Shown: positions 38,325 through 52,605, numbered from the stretch's first letter. The stretch: 64,000 bases of DNA from Camelus ferus (GCF_009834535.1 NC_045696.1:22756001-22820000), one strand, 5' to 3'. Notes: generated by a model from the sequence alone, not told the origin. Numbers and translations are program-made.

Positions 38325-38879
38325 TTCCTTTAATATATCCATATTTTCTATAGAAAAAACATTGTATGTGAACTTTCATAATACTTTCCTAAGCTAACTT
38401 TCCTACTAAAGTTATTATAATTTCTTTTCCTGACAGACTGTATGTGTATCTATTTTTGTGTGTAAAGACAGCACTCCATCAATATATCCCTAGTTTATTT
38501 CCTAGAGAACAAAACTTGAACTTACACTCTTTAGCCAGATATTCATAATCTCTAACAATCTATTCTCCATGCTGACTTTCCTACTTCATTTATTAGAGTC
38601 CTCTATCTCACATCCATTCTCAATGCAGGCCAGTTCCTCATTCGTATGAAATATAGTTCCGTCTTCATGTTATTGATCATGCCATTCCCCAAGCTAAGCG
38701 TTTTCCCTTTCCATTTCCATGTTTGTCAATTCTATGCATCTTGTGTCTGACTCAAGTATAACATATCCTAGGAAGCCTTTCCTGATTTCTCAGCTTGACA
38801 TACTGTCTCAACTTACATGTAATTATTCTATAGCATTTTCCACATGCTGCTTTAGGTTATGACTTTATAATTGTATTTT

Positions 38880-39700
38880 TAATTCAGTATTTGTTGCGAA
38901 CCTACTGTGTGTCTAGTGCTGCAGCAAGAGCTGGGATATAAAAATGAAAAAGAAACTCATGTTGTCTCTACTTCCAAGATGTTCACAGTCTAGTGGTGAG
39001 ACAGACATGAGAACAAATATAACATTGTGCTGAAAAGTCTCTGGACCCTTCAACATAGTGCTATGATATGAATATATGAACAACAGATGTTATTGTATGA
39101 ATAAATGGCTATATTATTATTTGAGGCATTATGAAATACCACTTTGACTGAAAATAAAAGATGAGGAGAGTTCACAGAGAACCACGTCAGGTATACAGTG
39201 CAGTGGCTTAGCGCATTCCAGATGGATGAACATATGAAAAGGCCCATGTTTAATCGCATATTTGAGGACAACTAAACAATTCCAATGACTGGAACTTAAG
39301 TTGCACGGAGGGAACTGGTAAGAAGTAAGGGGAGAGAGGCAGTGAGGAGTGAGATGGCAAAAGCCTTATCTTTTACAGACAAGAGCTTGGAGCCCAGCTT
39401 GTAGATTACTGATAAGGAATATGATTAGATGTGAAGTTAGAAATGTCATTTTGAAGAAGCTGTGGGATGAGGGGAACTGGTCAGATAGTTATTTGTGGGC
39501 ACGGGAAATGAAACTGTTTTTCAATCTAAATCACGGGAATGGGGAAGAGCGGCAAAGCAGAGGCAGGAGTCAGGAAGGTCGCCACGTATCTGTCTTCGGA
39601 GGTGCTATTACTAAAATGAGAGAGATATGAGAGAGGCACAGGTTCTGATCCAAGGGAATGAGGTTAGCTCCAAATTAGGTGCGTTCATTTTTCACTGCTT
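38880..39700 (-). mobile_element. L2 fragment
   Basis: attcagtatttgttgcgaacctactgtgtgtctagtgctg; tcacagtctagtggtgagacagaca. Confidence 0.75.
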
Positions 39701-42649
39701 ATGCAGTTGTTTGTAGAGAGTTAGTACCTCTGCTCTTAGACTATTAGGTCCTTCAAGGCAGGATCTGTAGTTTTTTTTATCTACAGATTCCCACTGCATG
39801 TAATCCAGTCTTGCACTTAGCAGTTGAATTGGGAATAAGCAGACCTGGAAGAACTTCATGCAGGTCTCAGAAACTGTTCTAGTGTGGCTGCTTCGGGGCC
39901 CTCGGTCTGCAAACCTCTACATCTTCAGGGGCAAGGAAGGTTTAAGAATATATTCCGTTCTGCCTGAGGGGTGTCAGGTGAACTCGGTGATTGGCATGAA
40001 GATGTTCCAGATAAGCTGAGTTCTCTTTCAGACAGTGTAGAGTCCCTGGAAGGCTTTTGCTAATTCGTGCATCCTGTGAAATAAAACGGTTGGTGATCAA
40101 TTATGATTTAGCTACGACAGCTCCCAAGGAAGATCCCAGGAAGTACTGAGTGGTTCTGAGTGATAAAATATTAATGTACCAATGCCACCAAGGCTTTATC
40201 ACCTCTGGAACCAACAGGGTACTTAGGTTTAAGTTAAAAAATGCCTGGAAATATACATCATAAAAATTTCCCAAATATTTTCTCCCAAAGATTTTCTCAA
40301 ATATTATTTGAGCAACAAAACCACAACAGTTTTCTACTGAGGTTGGAAAATAAGGAAGCATTAGAGATATATCCACCACAATACGTTTTTCAGTTTGTGT
40401 CCATCTTATACTAATGTCATGATTCACTTATGGGTCTAACATAATATTTTATATTTTAAAAGTCAATTCAGTTTTTCTTGTGTTTTCTTTTGGTCTACTT
40501 TGGAAAACGACTGATTTTGTTTCTCATATCAACTCTCCAGTTTTAGTAGCACTGCAAAACAGCATTTTCGTTTCAGCTATTTCTCAATAATGAAAACAAT
40601 AGTTTTCTAATTGGTGGGATTTCAATTTCCTGAGAACAATTAATCCAAATTACAACTTTTAAAGCATTTTTTTTCTTACAAAGCTGCTTATTCAAATAAA
40701 GATATTTTCTTGTTCAAACTTCTGGTATGTCTGAATGCTGGGAGCAAGAAGAAGAAAACAATTAAACAAATTGAGGTGCTATTTTTTAGTTTTAGTGGAA
40801 ATCTTATGTAAACTTGAGAGAAAAATAACTTGTGAAATTATTATTGCAGTATTACATTTTTTGGAATTGTTTGTAATAACATTATACAACATTCTAGTTT
40901 GGATATAGCTCTAATAGGTCTTTACATAGCAACAGTATGTTAATTTAACAATAGAAAAGAATAGAGAATACAAATAGAAAGAGAGTATTTAGATACATTT
41001 TACATATCAGTGATGTGTAATATGCAGACACAAATCTATAATGGAAAATTAGTCAAGGAGTAAGAGTGAGAAACTCAAAACAGGTGATATCCATGATAAT
41101 TGAGGGTAATTTGGACAGAATTCTTGAGTAGAGCTGCCCAACTTTCTGTTAGCTCACATGCTAAAACAGCTGTTTCAGACCTACAAACAAGTAAGATGCA
41201 GTTTTATTGACATGACTGAAATTTGCTTTTTGGCCCCTCTCTGGCCAAAAAAATGATCACTTCTACCACTCTGATTTTAGGGAGTTATACAGTTTTATTA
41301 GGTGATGCTGATGAAAAAAATCACAAAACATTTACTTTCAGGTATGGGGAAAAAGATTGTGTATAAACTTGTAATCATACAGGGGTGGGAATATGTGAGA
41401 CTGTATTTAGGCAAGGAATGCTGATTCGGACTACAGTGCAAGATTTCAAATGGTTTTTATCATTTCCTAGATTAAACAAGTCCTGGTTTCAGGAAAGTCT
41501 CCATGGGAAAGCAGAGTACCTTTAGATTAATGAAAAAAGAAACTCTACCAAAATGGAACACCTGTCATATTTCACGTTTCCACAGGATATACGGAGATTG
41601 TACTGAATGTTGCCATCTTGCTTTCAAGGAACTTCATTCAATCTGCATTTTGAGGCAGGTTTATTTACAAAAGTCACTGTCATCCCTTTGTTGCTATTAA
41701 GGGAAATATCTGGGTGTCAAATGCTTCTTGGATCAAAGAGCAAAAAATACCATTATTTTATTTTGTGACCACACAAATATTTTTACTGTATAAGTGGTAG
41801 GATCTTATAGTTGGACATTTTTTTTCTCTTTGAGAAAAGCTGTTGACCTAGTAGACATGAGAGACTTTGCTTACTTGGCCTATTTGATGATTTGCTCATT
41901 TGCATCAAGGTAGGAGAATTTAGAAGTCATTCTCTGAAAGGGCTATACATGACCTTTCACTTCATGTCTTTCTTCATATCGTGGATCAGTCAAGATAGAA
42001 CCATATTTGAACACATATTTGAACACACTTCTGCAGAATGTGCTGTGGGAGTTTTCAAGGAAATAAAATCTTACTTACATAAGATCTTACTCTATGGAGT
42101 TAATTCCATAAAATTCAGAGACAGGAGTTAGAATCTAGGCACATTACTGTAAGACTAACGTAAATCATATCACATCATGAACTGCCAAATGACATAGAGA
42201 AAGGAATATCTCACCCACAGTTTTAATTGAGCTTAATCTTAAGATGAACAGAAAATTTCCTCGGGCTTACCCCAAAGCTATGGCAATCTACAAGAGAAGA
42301 AAAAGGTAATTTTTGCAGATTTATATTAAATATATATTAAAATATATTCATGATTTTATTATGATGATGATGAGGCCAGAAGGGATAGTCTGGTATTATT
42401 TTGAGGGGGGTGCAGTTTTTCTATCGTCGTTTAGTTTTGAATTCCTTTGAAAAAAGTGCTGTTTCATGAGTTTTCTAATAGTTATTCTTTATGTGATTTG
42501 ATTTATGTGATTTTAGTGTTAGAAAAACAGTTGTTCATTATTTGTGTGTTGCAAGGAAGCAGAGAACTGAGTGCTGATAAAAAGGTTGAATAACGGCTAG
42601 ACTCCAAAACTATTTTCCTAGGCCACAGTTTGGTGAACACTGTATTAAA

Positions 42650-42830
42650 TCACAGACCTACAGAATATTAAAGGAGGAAGGAATCTGAAGTTTGCTTAAT
42701 CCAGCTCCACCATTTTTACAGATCCAGAAACTAAGCCCAGGAGATTAAGTGGCTCATCCACAGTCGCAAGCAAGTTAACAACTGAACCTGAACCAAAACC
42801 CAAATAGTCTGTCTTATGTTCAGTTTGTTT
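42650..42830 (-). mobile_element. MIR SINE
   Basis: catttttacagatccagaaactaagcccaggagattaagtggctcatccacagtc. Confidence 0.75.
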
Positions 42831-42959
42831 CCCCAAATTGTCCTGGTTCCCTAAACAGTATATTTTAAATTTTTTTGAAAAGTACTGTAAACTACATTGT
42901 TCAAAATGTACAGGAGATGTAGAGTGAAAAGTGTGGTTTTTACTCCCTGCCTCTTTTAT

Positions 42960-43275
42960 CTATTTCCCATCAGCCGCTCTCTCCACCTTCCTTTATCCAG
43001 GTTACCTCTTTCAAAACATTCTCAAAAGCACCCTTTCATTGAGGTTTTCCTCGGCCATTCTAATAAAATTGAAACTCACACCCCAGAACTCTAATTTCTC
43101 TGTAGAATCGATCATGTTCTACCATGTGGTACGTTTTACTTTTTTCACTTACTTTTTGTCTCTCTACAGTAGGACACGAGATGCACAGAGGGAGGAGTCT
43201 TGGTTTATGTCTTTAACTGCTGTATTCCCAGTGCTTGATGGGAGCTCAGTATATATTTTCTGGATTAAGTTAAAT
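42960..43275 (+). mobile_element. L2 3' fragment
   Basis: taactgctgtattcccagtgcttgatgggagctcagtatatatttt. Confidence 0.65.
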
Positions 43276-44081
43276 TGAGTAACTGTGTGTCTAACTGCTG
43301 GTGAGTTTAGTACACTTTCTGCTTGAATATTCTATGATTTCTGCCTTCTGAATAATGGTGTTATGCTATTTGGTACATGGATGTTCATAACGATTCCATC
43401 TTCATGTGAAACTGTACCTTATATAATTATCAAGTTCCCCTTTTTGTACCACTTTATGCTTTCACCCTGAGTTCTACTTTAGTTGGTAATAAAATTATGC
43501 CTGTTTCTTTTGTTTTGCATTTGCTTAGTGTACTCTTGTCCATCTTTTTAATTTTCATATTATCTTGTTATTTTTCTGTTTTTATGGCTAATGTTTTTTT
43601 GTACTGTGTGGCTTTGATTTTGGTTTATTAAGAGTGTGTGTGTTTGTCTGTGTGCATGTACACATGCATTTAATGTTTAGAAATATTTGGTGGTTTTTCC
43701 CCATTGCTATACTTATAATCCTAAAATCTCTCTTTTTTTAAAATTGATTTAGACAGTGTTGATTTGTTTTCTATAATAAGAAAATTGGTACTTTTTTCTC
43801 TCTCTTCCCTCCTCTCTCTCTTCCAAGGTTTTATTATTTTTCTTACTTTTTACCTTCGTACTGTTAAATATGCATAAACTTACATCACTTGACTTGCCAA
43901 ATTCAACCAGTATATTTAGCTTTCAGTTAAAGGTATCTTAAATGAGACAATCAGCAAAACTTACTGTGCAGCCAATTCATTTTCTCCATTCCCCTATGAG
44001 TGTTTGTGTCACATTTATTACAGGAGGTTGGAAAATTAGTGAGAAAATAATGATATAAATTTGGGAAATTAATAACCCATG

Positions 44082-44559
44082 TGTGTGAATTTTCTATTGC
44101 TGTTGTAACAAATTACCACACACTTAATGACTTAAGCAACCCAAATTTATTACCTTACAGTTCTGGAGGTCAGAAATCCAAAATCAGTCTCACTAAAGTC
44201 AAGATTTTGATAGGACTGCTTCCTAAGGGCAGTTCTTTGGAAGAATCTGTTTCCTTGCCTTTTCCAGCTTCTAGAGTCTGTCTTCACTCCTGGGCTCATT
44301 ACTTCTTTCTCCATTTTCAAAGCCAGCAGAATAGTATCTTCAAATCACACCACCTTCTCTGACTCTCATCCTCCTGCCTCCATTTTATAAGGACCCTTGT
44401 GCTTGTTTTGGACACACCTAGATGACCCAGGATAATCTCATCTCGAGATCCCTTAATTTAATTACATCTGCAAAGACCATTTTGTTATCCAAGGTTAATA
44501 TCCTCAGGTCCTGGGATTAGAATGTGGACAGCTTTGAGCGGACATTATTCAACCTAACA
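44082..44559 (-). mobile_element. MaLR solo LTR, MLT1C/D-like
   Basis: attgctgttgtaacaaattaccac...cagttctggaggtcagaaatcc...ggacattattcaacctaaca. Confidence 0.88.
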
Positions 44560-44974
44560 TCCTATGTTGCACAGTTGCAAAATATTTGGTAAAACTGTCC
44601 CTTACTGTAAGTTAAAAAAGTTTAAATGTACCCAATAATGGGAATAAAATTCCATGTTTGCATATTTAAATAATTACCTGTAATTTTTATACTTGAGTAC
44701 AGCTGGCTGAATGTAAAATCCATGGTCCATGGTTTCTCTCCTTAAGTATTGTTTAGATATCGCTCCACTCACTTCTGGTATTGAAAGGTTCTGTGGAGAA
44801 ATCTGAGACTAGCTTGATCTGGTTTTCCCTTTACATGTGTTGTGAGACTGTTGCCTCTCTCTCCATCTTCAGTTTCCAATGTTTTTAATGGACTGTCTTG
44901 GCCCATTCTAGGTCAATTCCTTTACAACAGAAGATGTTCCTTTTTGTTATGAAAAGATAAGTCCTCTTTCATGA

Positions 44975-45268
44975 TTTTTTTCACTGTAGTAAAATATATG
45001 TAACATAAATTTTACCATTTTACCATTTTTAAGTATACAGTGGCATTAAGTACACTTACATTGTTGTGCAACCATCACCACCCTCCATCTCCAGAATTTT
45101 TTTCATCTTCCCAAAATGAAATTCCATACCCATTAAACAAAAACTCCCCATTCCCTCCTCCCCGCCACCTTTGGCAACCACCATCCATCATCTTACTTTC
45201 TGTCTCTGAATCTGACTATTTTAGACACATCACGAAAGTGAAATGATACAGTATTTGTCCTTTTGTGA
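44975..45268 (-). mobile_element. L1MB-like 3' end with TSD
   Basis: cagtggcattaagtacacttacattgttgtgcaaccatcacc; TSD TCTTTCATGA at 44965-44974 and 45269-45278. Confidence 0.88.
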
Positions 45269-47282
45269 TCTTTCATGAATCTTTAAAAATTATATCTTCA
45301 AATACATTTTTCTGGGTTTTTTTTGTTTTTGCCTTCCTCATCAGAGACTCCAATTATGCATATATCAAGGGTATTTCACTTTTACCTAATTTAAAGAGCT
45401 AATGTTTTAAATTAATTTAGTCTTTATCTTTCATTTTTATCTTTTACTCTTTGCCTTATTTATTACCTTCTTTTTTAGTGGCCAATCTTCATTGTAGCTT
45501 TCATTTTTTCCTTTGTTTCTGCAATTACTTTTTCTACTTCTTTTCTAAGATAAGGCAGTTCATGTTTCAGCTCACACATTTTCTTGACATCTCTTACCTG
45601 AGTTCTTTATTTGTGTGTCTAGTCTATTGTTTTAGAGTCTCTTGTTTCATAAGGTCGTAATTTTCAATCCATGCTGAAATAGTTGTTCAGATTTTTCATA
45701 GGCACTGTGACAGTAGGTTTATTCTGCAGTGTAAACCATTACGTCTTGTGCTTCATTTTGTCTGTTGTCCTTGTGTAGGTGCTGTTCTACACAAGGTTGA
45801 ATAATGTCCCCTCAAAGATGTAGATCACATCACTGAATAAGTTGGAGTTTTCCTGGACAAACTATTTGCAGGAATTTTCTGTACTGTTAAAATCCAAATT
45901 TTCTCCTCTGACAATTATCTATAGACTGCTTTGTGCTAAAATTTCCCTTCTGGGAAATTATTTTTTTTAAGCCCTCTCTTCTCTCCTTTTATCCGAATAC
46001 AAATGGTTTTTGCATGATTTCTAGGAAAAGAAAAGGAACTTATGTGTGGACTCATTTGGGAAGATTCTCAGTAGTTTCTTATCTGAGCTCCAAAAAAATC
46101 ACGTAAGTTTCAAATTAGGAAATTAATAACTTTCATATTATATTATATAGTACTTGAAGTTAGATTCCTGACATTATCTGTGGTGTGCTTCTTGGATCAC
46201 TTCGAATATTATCTTTGTCCTTATCTTTTTATTTATCCCTGTATTCCAGAGTGCTTACTACAATATCTGTCACATAAGAAGTGCTTAACCAATGTTTGTT
46301 AGAATCTAATAGTTGAGTGACTAGTGGATATTTTGTATCCAACTGATGCTCTTCTTACTCAAAGTATGAGAAATTCTCTACTGACCGGAGAATCTTTTGC
46401 CTAGTGAATTATCTCTACCTAACCAGTCAATGCTTTATCTACCCAAATATTTCTTAATTGATTTTAATTTAAATTGTAAAGCAATAATTTTAAATATGAC
46501 CATTGATATACTACAAATTTAGACAACAATAGTGCTGATATACAGGGATAATTCCTATGCACTATGAGAACTTACCATATAAGTTTAATTTGATGTGCCA
46601 AATGAAGCAATAATATAGCAAATGTTTTACATTTTTATCTGGATCTGAGAATTAGCACAATATTTATTTACAACTTTCAAATGTATCTGTTCTTTTTCAC
46701 CTAGTTCAATAGCTTATAAAGTTTCACACTATGGAAATGAGCTGATCAATAAGGAATTGAAAAATCTTTGATATTTTTCTGATAGAGGAACACTACGAAC
46801 TTTTCTCCAGCAGTTAAGTGATTATTTATTTTAACTTTTCAGTTTTCTTGCTCTATCTTTATGTAACATTTAAATTGATATGATATTAGACAGGCAATTT
46901 ATGTAATTACAAAGAGTTTTTCTAATCTCTGGATTTATACTGATATGTAATCTTCTCAAGATGAAATAAAAGCCTTTGGTTAGTGTGCTGGGTAAAAAGA
47001 TGTCAGTTTTCAATTATAATCCAGTTTAAAGTAACCCTACTGAGCATGAACACTATATTTTATGTTAATTATCTTAATTTAATTACTTTTTATTAATCTT
47101 AATACTTAAAAAATGGGATCATATCTGCAATGAATTTTTAAGAAGCTTTGTAGAGGTTTATCATAACCCTCCTTTTGAATTTTATTTTAACAAATATGAT
47201 GTAAAAGCATTTTACATTCTTCACCATTACAATTTTTTTTCCTGAGGTGCCAAAATTACTTTAGTGGAGTTTTGGGCTGCCT

Positions 47283-47681
47283 TATTTTTTTTTAATTAAT
47301 TTTTAATTTTTAATTTTTTTTCCTTTTTCAGTTTTATTAGGTAGAATTATTACAGTTTGACTGCACATACACATTATACTGCATGTAAATACACATATAG
47401 AGTATACTGCATTTTTTTTAGTTTACATATATGTACTAATCATTGTTTCTAAGAACAGATTAGATCTTTAGCTTTTTAAACTTACATAGTTATCAAAGGG
47501 ATAAAGCCAACTACATAATAAGAATCAATAGAATGTGGTAATCCAATCATAAAGGACAGTCAAATATGCCTACACATATTTAAGAAATCAAAATAATAAT
47601 TAGTTCATTTGTGTCATTATTATTGTTACAGTTTTTTCAATTCCTCATATAAATGATGTCATATGGCATTTTTCTTTCTCT
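47283..47681 (-). mobile_element. L1 ORF2-end stub joined to an atypical polyadenylated 3' tail
   Basis: About 47597-47681 matches the L1 ORF2 end. On the minus strand AATAAA occupies 47338-47333, followed by an A-rich tail. Confidence 0.65.
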
Positions 47682-48171
47682 TTAATGACACCATTGCATA
47701 TTTAAAAAAAATTTCAATTCTCATTTTTTAAGAATAAAAATGTTTCATTGGTGAAAGCTAAGAATATCAATCCTAAAATATAATATAATTATTAATATCT
47801 ATTATTCCTATAACATTTACAGTGTCCAATACAAAGGCATTGCTTGACTTATTTCTATGTATGAAAAAATACTGTATTTTATCATACCCCATTTTGCCAT
47901 ATGGGATTATATGAATGCATGTACATTTAGCTGAATTCCCAAAATAATATGTTTCCAGTTGAGGAGTAAATAACCCACATGTTATAAAAGAAACTTATTA
48001 ATGAGTTCAAGTTCCATGACATTTATCTCTGTATCCCACAGAGTGCTAACCGCAACGTGTGTGTGTGTTTATATATTATATAGAAGTTTAATATTGATTA
48101 TAACCCCAAAATTTATAACTGGGAGAATTTATGTACCCTCATAAAAGTTACATTAACATCATTAGGGACTC

Positions 48172-48417
48172 TTTTTTTAATTGAAATTAGTTGATTTACA
48201 ATATTGTGTTAGTTTCAAGCATACAGCATAGTGATTTATTATTTTTATACATTCCATTCCATTATAGGTTATTACAAGATAATGGATATAATTCCCTGTG
48301 CTATATTTATTGCTTATCTATTTTATATATAGTAGTTTGTATGTTAACCCTAAACCCCTGAGTTATCCTTTCTCCTTTCCTCTCTCCTTTTGTAACCACA
48401 GTTTTGTTTTCTGTACC
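48172..48417 (-). mobile_element. L1 3' UTR fragment
   Basis: tttttttaattgaaattagttgatttacaatattgtgttagtttc. Confidence 0.85.
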
Positions 48418-48425
48418 TTGATTAC

Positions 48426-49358
48426 TGTACAGACAGCCTTTAAAATGGCTCCCAATAATCCCTGCCTCCTACTATTCACAGATTTGTGTAATCCCCTCCC
48501 CTTGAGTCAGCTGGGCTTACTGATTGACTTTTTAAAAATTCTTATCTCTTTTTTTATCCTTATTAAAGTATCATTGACAAATGAAAATTGTATATATTTA
48601 AGGTATACAACTTGCTATTTGATATATATATATACACACATTGTGAAATAATTGTCACAATCAAGCTAATTAACAAATCTATCACCTCACATATTTACCT
48701 TTTGGGTGATGAGAACACTTAAGATCTTCTCTCAACAAATTTCAAGTACATAATATGGTATTGTTACCTGTAGTCACATTGTCGTACATTAGATCTCCAG
48801 GGCTTATTCATCTTGCATAAATGAAACTTGGTACCCTCTCATTTCCCCCTCCTTCCAGCCCCTGGTAACCACCATTCTATTCTCTGCTTTTGTGATCTTG
48901 ACTATTTTAGAAGTGATAGGATGGCACTTTCAAGATTAGGTTTTTAAAAGACTGTAACTTCCATCTGTAATAGTCTCTCTCTCTGTGTCTCTTGCTCTGT
49001 CTCTCATATTACTTGCACTGGGGGAAACAAGCTGCCATGCTGTTGGCAGTCCTGTGGAGAGGCCCCTGTAGCATGGTGAAGAACTGAAGCCCTCAATTCA
49101 ATAGGCTGCAAGATATGGAAGCTCTCTGATAACCACTTGAGAGAGCTCAGAAGCAGACATGTGAGCCCCAGTTGAATTCTGGGACGTAGCTCTGACCTAC
49201 AGTTTGAAAGCAGCCTCAGGAGAGATGTGAAACTAGAGGCACCAGCTGAACTGTGCCCAGATTTCTGACCCACAGAAAGTGTGACATAACAAATGTTTGC
49301 TGTTTGGAGCTGCTAGATTTGGGGATAATTTGTTATGCAGCAGTAGACAACTATGACA
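48426..49358 (+). mobile_element. MaLR LTR (MLT1E/F-like) split by an L1MA insertion
   Basis: aaaatggctcccaataatccctgcctcct start; ttggggataatttgttatgcagcagtagacaactatgaca end. Confidence 0.85.
48535..48910 (-). mobile_element. L1MA8/9-like 3' UTR nested in MLT1
   Basis: aaaattgtatatatttaaggtatacaac; cacaatcaagctaattaaca; gtacattagatctccagggcttattcatc. Confidence 0.85.
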
Positions 49359-49699
49359 ATTACCAATAATCTAACCTCTCTAAACAAGTAATTTTTCTGA
49401 TACAAGATACTATGCTAACTTTTCAGAGGCTATAGACAATAGTTTCTTCACAAATATGAGATTAAATGGATTATTTATGCTAAACATTCATAATTTTAAA
49501 ATGTATGCTCTAAGATAAATTTGGAAGTTAATAAAATGGAAATAAAAAGCCTATCTTTTAGCACTTGAGATTATTATGAATTATTACAGAAAAGTGTGTG
49601 TGTTGTATATAAATATATATATTTCCTTTGATGTGTAGCTGGCTTCAGAATTGTACCAATAAAATAGTTTATCTTCAGCTCTTTTTTTTTTTAAAGCTC

Positions 49700-49910
49700 T
49701 AGATCCATATATATAGTCACCAACTCAACATCTCTACTTGAATGTTTTAAAATTATCTCAAATTTAACATGTTTGTAACCAACATGATTATAACATGATC
49801 TTTTCATCTTCCAAACGTGCTCTTCTACCATGTTTCTTCCTATAGTGATTAGCCTTATTGTACCTCCATTTCTGCATTCCAGAAAGTGTGGAGTCATCTG
49901 TGACAGTCCT
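49700..49910 (+). mobile_element. L2 fragment
   Basis: caactcaacatctctacttgaatgt...tctcaaatttaacatgt. Confidence 0.7.
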
Positions 49911-50279
49911 TATAGTAAGAAGGAGACAGGTTGGCTTGCTTCAACAAATTGTGCCCAATTTACCATAGGTTAAATAACATTTCTCTTTCACATTGTTTCT
50001 AAATAAGTGGTCTAATTAAATAAGTTGTTGGGGCAGCCTTGCTATCATCAGTATATGACTTCCATTGTGGGGTTCAAAGCAGTATTTCAAATGCTGACCA
50101 TCTCTTGGTGGGCAAAGAGGAAAGGCAGGGGAATAAAACATGTGCTCAAACAGTAGCGATACCAGAGCTTAGTCACAAGAACACATCAAACTGCAGGGGA
50201 GTTGCAATCCGAGAATGTAGCCTGAGCTGACTGGCCATAAACCTAAAATTCAAATGGGCTAATATGGTTTGGGATTATG

Positions 50280-50465
50280 ATTATAGACTCACAGGGCAGA
50301 CAGCCTGGCTTCAAGTCCCTGGTCTATTACTTACCGAACTGTGATCTTGGCGAGGTGTTTTGCTTCTCTTTGTGACAGATTCCTCATGTGGACAATGTGC
50401 ATAATCTCATCTACTTCACAGAAAAAAATATGAAGTCTTTAGGACTGTGCCTAGTACACTTCAGT
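50280..50465 (+). mobile_element. MIR SINE
   Basis: cagacagcctggcttcaagtccctggtctattacttaccgaactgtgatcttggcgagg. Confidence 0.7.
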
Positions 50466-50684
50466 GTTTTTCAGTTAAAATGAGTAATATTAAACAGGAG
50501 ACAGTAGATATTGGTGGACAGCAAGCACTTAGTTTCAGTCCCTTTCACTTATTCTTCATATTTAATCTATCACCAACTTTTGTTGATTTTTCTTCTTAAG
50601 CTGTCTCCTTGTTGCCTGTAACCTTCTTGAATCTACTCTTCCTTCCCTTCATCCTAAAATCTGCTCTCCACACTGTGAGAAGGG

Positions 50685-51030
50685 ATCCATTCAGGAGGGA
50701 TCCATCCTCATAACTTAACCACCTCCCAAATGCCTCACCTCCAAAAGCCATTATATTGGGGTTAGGATTTCAACATGTGTATTTGGTGGGGGGACCTAAA
50801 GACTCAAACTGTAGCACCAGACATGTGTATGAGGCTGTTTTGAACTCTGCAGATAAGCCCACCTGCCAGATGACTGGCACTGGGTGACCACCATATGTAT
50901 CAGAAGAACCAACCAGCTGAGCTCAGACTAAATTCTTGACTCATAAATTATGAGCTATTATAAAATGATGGTTGTTTTAAGATGCTGAGTTTCAGGGTTA
51001 TTTGTTAAGTAACAATAGCTAACAGGTACC
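50685..51030. mobile_element. Two abutting MaLR LTR fragments (MLT1A-like minus, MLT1H-like plus)
   Basis: ccacctcccaaatgcctcacctcc...ttggggttaggatttcaaca...tgtagca, then ccagctgagctcagactaaattcttgac...ggttatttgtta. Confidence 0.7.
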
Positions 51031-51312
51031 TAACAGTAAATATGCTTTTCTCAGAATTGTCTTGAAACTTCTAATCCTTGTGTAATAACAGTAGGTCATT
51101 ATTCACCTAAAATTTACAACACATGTTTAGTAGAACCTACTAATATGATACAAGGATATAATAATTTAGCTCTGCCATTTTTTCCCATCTGAAAAAAAAA
51201 AAAACTTTCTAACTTTTATTCTAGAGTGCACTGATAACTCGTGTAGTTAACTACATTTTTGTGAATCATACTACCAGGTTTCCTCTTTGTTTCCAAACTC
51301 CATATAGCTGTA

Positions 51313-51504
51313 CAGCTTATCCTTGAACAAGGCAGAGGTTAGGGGCCCCAGCCCTCCCTGAAGTCAAACATTTATGTATAAGTTTACAGTTGGCCCTCGC
51401 ATCCATGGTTCTACATCCATGGAACTCCATGCAGGCATTAAGGAAGACTGGACCCACACAGTGGACCCACACAGTTTAAACTTGTGTTGTTCAAGGGTCA
51501 ACTG
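51313..51504. mobile_element. Tigger2-derived MITE (TcMar)
   Basis: TIRs cagcttatccttgaacaa / ttgttcaagggtcaactg flanked by TA; internal 13-bp duplication tggacccacacag. Confidence 0.88.
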
Positions 51505-52439
51505 TATTGTAAATACACATTTGAGTGGACACTTTGTAAAAATGTCTATTCTGATGAGGGTCAAAGAAAGATGGAGGGAAAGAATTAAAAGCCAGAGAGA
51601 TATTAAATGTCTAGCAGTTAACTTCTAGACTGCTTTATGCTGCTTTAGGCCCTTATACGGGCTTCTACTTGCTCCAGCTTCCAAAGTTTAACTAACTTCA
51701 TCACATGAGTAAGTGTTTTTTTAATTTGTGAGAAAAATGAATTATTCTAAAACTTGAATTTTTTAAACATTTTTCCCATGAAGGGCTAAGTTCCACTTGG
51801 AGGATATCAAAGGGTTAAAGGTTGAAAAACTAGTCAGGTCAGACATTTTTCATGGAGTTTTATCCAGGCCAGGAAGTGAGAGTTCAGATAAAAGAGATTC
51901 TTTACAATATCCAAGTCTGTGTATCGTACTCCACTGACAAGATGTTCTGGTGCTCTTAAGACTCCTTTCTCTGATGCTTATCCAAACAGACTGTTCACTT
52001 CAGTATCTGAAAATATAAGCATATACAGAGCTTTCCTTCTAAATTGTCCCTTACAAGTTTAATTTTTTTTTCTCATAATCATCAAAGTTATTCTCTAAGC
52101 AACTGAGGTCAGTTTCTTCTCTGTGCCATAAAAGAGCCGAACATTTCATATTTCTAAGGGGAAACTAATTTCTTTGAGTCACAAGTATATTGTGAATCCT
52201 TGTCTTACAGTATCCATAAAAAGATGCTATAAAAAGGTCCTCTTTTTTTATCCCTACTTCAGGTGCTATTTCCTGAATTTCCAACAGCTTTTCTTTTCTT
52301 TTTTTCCCCCCTCCATTTCTTTGCATTTTAAACAATGTCACCCTATGAATCTGGTGACCAAGCATAGCATAACCAAAGTACAAGGTATCTGATTCTCTTT
52401 CAAACAGACAAGAACATATTTCTTTTTGGAGTGATCAAA

Positions 52440-52605
52440 GGGACAGGGCAGTTGGCAAATTTCATAGCATGATTATGGGTTAAACATTACGCTGTTCCCT
52501 CTAAAGCCAGCTGCTGAAAGAATCCATTGGCTAAGAAAGAGTCTGACTTTTTTGGATAAAGTTTTAAATGTTATTTATCTGGACAGTTATAAAATGCATT
52601 TTTTT
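52440..52605 (+). mobile_element. CR1/L3 reverse transcriptase fossil
   Basis: ORF 52552 begins DKVLNVIYLDSYK, resembling the CR1 RT motif VDVIYLDFSKAFD. Confidence 0.45.

Larger units (their letters stand above)
43290..45780 (-). mobile_element. Old L1M/HAL1-like 5' region hosting MLT1 and L1MB insertions
   Basis: T-rich antisense ORF1-like motifs (cagctggctgaatgtaaaatcc; ctgtggagaaatctgagactagcttgat; gactccaattatgcatat). Confidence 0.55.

Noticed and set aside
42002..42026. 12-bp tandem duplication catatttgaaca
   Set aside because: Ordinary slippage-type micro-duplication.
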